From assembly GCF_009914755.1 (NCBI RefSeq), contig NC_060925.1: a stretch of 64,000 bases of DNA; one strand, given 5' to 3'. This DNA comes from the human T2T-CHM13v2.0 reference genome, Homo sapiens. The notes under the pieces are model-generated. The model had not been told where the DNA came from, did no database searches, and saw only the letters and a list, made by a program, of their open reading frames with translations. This document shows positions 54,760-64,000 of this stretch, piece by piece (position 1 is the stretch's first letter; each line of letters starts with the position of its first letter). The translations under genes and the position numbers were made by a program.

Positions 54760-55384
54760 CCAAAAAACCAAATCGCAAAACAAATTATTCCATACTCATT
54801 CCATTGGTTCTTTTGATGGCCTTCTGTCAGTGTTAATGGTTGGTGTGAAAGATTTTTGGAAACGTTTTCCAGGAGGGAGTAATAGCATTTCCTGAAGCAC
54901 CTTTTATCTTGGTTTGTGGCAAATGATTCTTTCAATGCCCTCAGGTCACTTATACCCTAAGACCCTGCATGAGTTTATTCAACCTTCAAATCAGTCACTT
55001 CTGCCCTCATCTAGGGCACATAACAATGTAGTTAGTTACCCAGCAGGTATCGCGGCTAAGTAAGACCATAAATAAATCATATGAGCAGGAGCTTTTGGAG
55101 TCAGTCTTCTGTCTGAGCACCTCTAACCGGTTATGCTACCTTAAACAAATTACTTAACTTCTCTCTGTCTCACCTGATTTACCAGTTTAAAAAAAAAGGA
55201 ATAATAATGGTACCTACCTCATAGGTTTGTTGTGAGGAGTTAAACGTCTAAAGCACTTAGAACAGTGTCTGGCATATGGTAAGTATTCAATAAACATTAG
55301 CCTTATATTCTATACTTTAAGTACCATTTATTTATATTTTTACATACAATATGTGGGCATAACAAAAAATTAAAGGAAGAATGG

Positions 55385-56407
55385 TCATTTTTAGAAAAAA
55401 CTTTATTTACAAAACCACAACTCAGTCTGCTTTGGTATTGACAAAATCCCTACAACTGAGATATTAAAGAGATACATTTATTTTAGAGTTACATAAAACC
55501 AGAATCCAACACTACCCTACTTTCCTATTCCTTTGTGGCTCTGAATGCAGCTTTAAAAAAAACAAAACAAAGCAAAGCAAAGCAAAACAAAACAGCTCTT
55601 TATAATGTACAATGGCTTAAGCAAATCGCTTTAGTTTTTTTTTCTATTTAAGATTTAGGACAGACTACTCGTCTAAAATTCACTATTTACAGAGAAGGTC
55701 CTAGGGAACAGGATAACTTATTTAGGTTTAGCTCTCATAATACAATATCCATAATGGCTTTAGAAGAATGTAAATAAATAACATTGGTAAACAGCGTATA
55801 CTGATATTTTCTGACAAACTCATTTATCTAACATCATGCTGAGCAATCAAGAGGATTCCTCTATATATTTTAAATTTTAATTTATTCTATTTCCTGATTC
55901 ACAAACTCTTGCTCCATGTTAAAGCAGTTATCACCAATAGAACCTATGAGAACCAGTGCCCATGGAAACCTAACAGCTTGTTTTTTTAATCCCCTATTAA
56001 AACTCGGTTGAACTTGATATATGCATGGTTGAAATATGCGTGGGTACTAGGCCTTTATTCAGGAATGTAAAATTAATGGTATCTGGTATCAAGTTGTAAG
56101 AAAAACTCCCCCAGATTGGGAGGTAACTGAGTGATATGTGAAAGAATCTTCCCGTCTGAATTTAAGAATACACCTACACTGGGCAGAAAAAGGTGGGGGA
56201 GAGGAAGTAGAAGTAGAGGAAAAGCACAACTCCACTGGCTTCAATCAAACTGAGGTAACTAATTAGAGACAGAAAATAAATAAATCAACAAATGCCCCAT
56301 TTTTGTTTTCCAAAAAAGATCACTGGCAACTAACAATTTTAAAGTTGATCCATTAATATATTTTTAAATAGAAAAAAGTTTGTATATCATATATATCATA
56401 ATTCCAT
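55385..56407 (-). other. FAM72C: FAM72 3' UTR (~1 kb)
   Basis: AT-rich, repeat-free stretch after the stop, ending shortly after AATAAA at 55407-55402. Confidence 0.8.
55402..55407 (-). terminator. Polyadenylation signal AATAAA of FAM72
   Basis: Plus-strand tttatt; minus context TGTAAATAAAGTTTTTTCT. Confidence 0.75.
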
Positions 56408-56551
<144 letters not shown>

Positions 56552-56684
56552 TCAGAACACAAATTACGAAACTTTATATGTTAATATTCTTATGTAAACC
56601 ATAGTGTTAGCAGTAAAAAGAGTAGCTATTGAAGAATGTACTGCAAATAAAATTACCTAATATTATCCATCTAGGACATAAACT

Positions 56685-56986
56685 TTATTTATTTATTTTG
56701 AGAGAAATTCTCTCTGTGTTGCCCAGGCTGGAGTGCCTGGCAGGATCACGGTTCACAATCACAGATCACTGCAGCCTGAACCTCCAGGGCTCAAGTGATC
56801 CTCCTACCTCAGCCTCCCAAGTCACTTGGACTACAGGCGTGTACTACCACACATGGCTAATTTTATTTTGTAGATACAGGTTCCCACTATGTTGCCCAGG
56901 CTAGTCTCAAACTCCTGGGCTCAAGCAATCCTCTCTCCTTGACCTCCCAAACTGTTGGGATTACAGGCATGAGCCACCATGCCTGG
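56685..56986 (-). mobile_element. AluJ
   Basis: Antisense dimer in the FAM72 intron. Confidence 0.85.
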
Positions 56987-57605
56987 CAAACACTTTTTTT
57001 TAAAGGGCTAGGACATAAACATTCTTTAAATCCTTTTAAGCAAGGGCTTGAATTCTAGAATTTTACAGCTCAAAAGGCTCTCAGGAGTCCATTTACTCAA
57101 ACTCTGCCTCCAGCTGCATTATAACATAATCACTATACACTGATAATTTTCTGATCTATTTTAATGATGTTTAAGAATGGAGATCTCACAAGATCCTTTT
57201 AGATTAAATGCCTCTTTGGAGGGTTCAGGGAGAAGTCCTGAATAAGTCTCCTCATCCCTTCAATAAGCAGAGAAGTAGCTGGTGCCATTTTTCTGATTCA
57301 GAAAAAAAGCAAGGGTTCGGAGCCAGTTATAATATGAACTGCAATCCTTGGTACCAGTGGGTTTCAGTCCACAGGCAGAGCTTTAAACTGAACTTTAGGG
57401 CCAGGTTGCAGCAGTCACTATAATAAACAAAAGAATAATCAAAAACTTCACTGAGAAAGAATAGTCAGATTTCATATTGAAGAATGAAGCACAGGTATAC
57501 AGTAAATGACTAAACATACAGTAGAGGATAATGACAAGTTTATTACTCTGGGCATATATTACATTATTAGTTAAAAGCACTAAATGGAAAATAACTGACC
57601 TCTAG

Positions 57606-58097
<492 letters not shown>

Positions 58098-59716
58098 TAG
58101 TACACCATGCATGGTTTTACTACAAATGCATGCAACATAGACAATATATATTACTGTTTAGTGGATTTAAATTTTGTATAGAATGTTATTACACTACATA
58201 TTGTTTTCTAATTTGCTTTTTCACTCGTCATGTTTTTGAGGTTAATCCATGTTAACTTGTGTAGATTTCGTTCATTTATTTTTACTTCTGGAGAGTATTC
58301 CATTTTGTGAATTTTTAAAAATGTTGCAAATACAGCCCATTGCTCATCCCTTCCTCAGCTGCCCATCTTGCATAGGTGGTTCAAGGCGACATGCACAGGG
58401 ATGTGTAGTGTGACATTGTTGAAACAGTAGAAATAATTAACTGTTTACCTTGACTGAGGGAGATACTGGAATCTAATCTGGCAAGAATTTAGCATGTATC
58501 TGATGCTGGTAGGGATACAGATGTGTATCTTATTATTTTCTATAATCTTTTCGTGTTTGAATTGTTTATAATAGAAAACGCTACCCCATCCCCACCCCCA
58601 CCCTAAGAATGAATGGTGTTCTGCTCCAGGTAAATGTCATGGAAGAGCTGACAGGAAGAGCTGTAAGGAATTGCGAGGCAAAAATCAAAGTGAAAATTAG
58701 AACCCATAAATGTAAATGGAGGGCTGAAGCCATTTTGACTCTGAGGGCATTTGCCAATTTCAGGAAATTTGAGCTGAGGTTTCCCAAGGCTCCTCCAGAA
58801 AGTTCTGGGAAATCAGGTCTCTAAATGAAGACTAGCCTAGAAAACAGACCTCCAGGAGTCCTTTTCAGTTTAAACATTATAGAATTTATAAGGCTTGTCT
58901 ATGCATTCCTTTGACACTGCTGGTTCAGGTGATTCAAGGACAGTTGTGGCGCCATTAGAAACTTGCTTTGATACCAAGCATCTAGAAAATCTTGCTTGAA
59001 ATCACAATATTAGGGTTACAAAGCAGAAGCTTGATATTCTTGGAGTCAGTACTCAGAGACATGAAGCAGCTCAGCACAATTGGTTCAAAGGAGGAAAAAT
59101 AAACTAAGAGATTGGATCTGACAGAAGCAGCACCTTCCTTTCTCTGTTAAGAAGGGAGGAAGGAAATCCTGTGATACATGTTTCTTATGGATTAGATTCA
59201 GTGCAAATGGAAGAATGCGGGGCTTTTATCTTTGAAAAATTGACCAATATTAAAAAGTAAATCAAACTTGAAAAATCTCCACCCTGTGTTTTGAATTCTG
59301 TAAAGCAGGAAAAATACTATCAAAGCAGAAACTTCCTTTAATGTGTCCCATGGGCAACACAAATATAAAACTGGAGACTTAAATTAGGAGACTGTATCCC
59401 ACTTAGGGGAGTTCAGATAAGTCCTTACATGAAAATGGCCTTCTTAACATACCAAAGTTTTAAATTAAGACCCCATAAATGATAGATTGAGAGCCACAGT
59501 TGAGTCCCAGATAAAAAAATCAAATCTACAAAAATCTAAGCATAATTGGAGGATTTAAAGACCCTTGACAACCTAGCTTGCAATTCGTGATCTTTTGGTC
59601 TGTGAAGGCAAATCATATATTTAAAAAATACATTTAAGTTCTAAAGGAGACTAAAACATGCATTTAGGAACCTAAGAATGCTAGTGTCAACTTAGATTGT
59701 CAAGTTACTTAAAGTC

Positions 59717-60760
<1,044 letters not shown>

Positions 60761-60852
60761 GAATTAGTATTTCAGTGCCTCAGCACCTTAACACAAGGAA
60801 AAAGAATTTTTTTTTTTTAAAAGAATTGGTAGTGTACTTTCTTACTAAAATA

Positions 60853-61066
60853 TTTTTTTTTTTTTTTTTTTTGAGACAGGATCTCACTCTGTTGCCCAGG
60901 CTGGAGTGCAGCGGTGCCACCTCGGCTTACTGCAACCTCCACCTCCTAGGTTCAAGGGGGGTTTCATCATATTGGCCAGGCTGGTCTCGAACCCCTGACC
61001 TCAAGTGATCATCTGTCTTGGCCTCCCAAAGTGTGGGATTACAGGTGTGAGCCACCATGCCTGGCC
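60853..61066 (-). mobile_element. Alu with internal deletion
   Basis: Jumps from ttcaag to ggggtttcatcat, so the middle A-linker region is missing. Confidence 0.85.
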
Positions 61067-61084
61067 TTGCTAAAATAATTAGTA

Positions 61085-64000
<2,916 letters not shown>

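Overview
Human genomic DNA (Alu/L1/MIR/LTR/DNA-transposon rich), recognisable as the 1q21.1 segmental-duplication mosaic. The left end has a tandem minus-strand histone pair: an H2B pseudogene (H2BC18-like, in-frame TAG at codon 43, probably H2BP2) and an intact divergent H3.2-derived ORF (H3-7/HIST2H3PS2). Both keep promoter elements, the 3' stem-loop and an HDE. The right end has the last coding exon and 3' UTR of a minus-strand FAM72 paralogue with Arg125 (most likely FAM72C), plus most of its last intron. Between them lie about 50 kb of repeats. These include a 5'-inverted L1 hosting an RPL22 processed pseudogene and a near full-length HSMAR2, three very young Alus (Ya5, Ya-like, Yb8), and Tigger1/3/4 elements. 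The least explained structure is a ~165-bp non-TE, exon-shaped sequence present twice in inverted orientation 3.1 kb apart (43849-44030 and 47152-47316). The second copy has template-switch-type junctions. Nearby is a chain of minus-strand exon-like blocks downstream of FAM72. Locus, paralogue and repeat-subfamily names come from recalled sequences, not database searches, and repeat boundaries are approximate.
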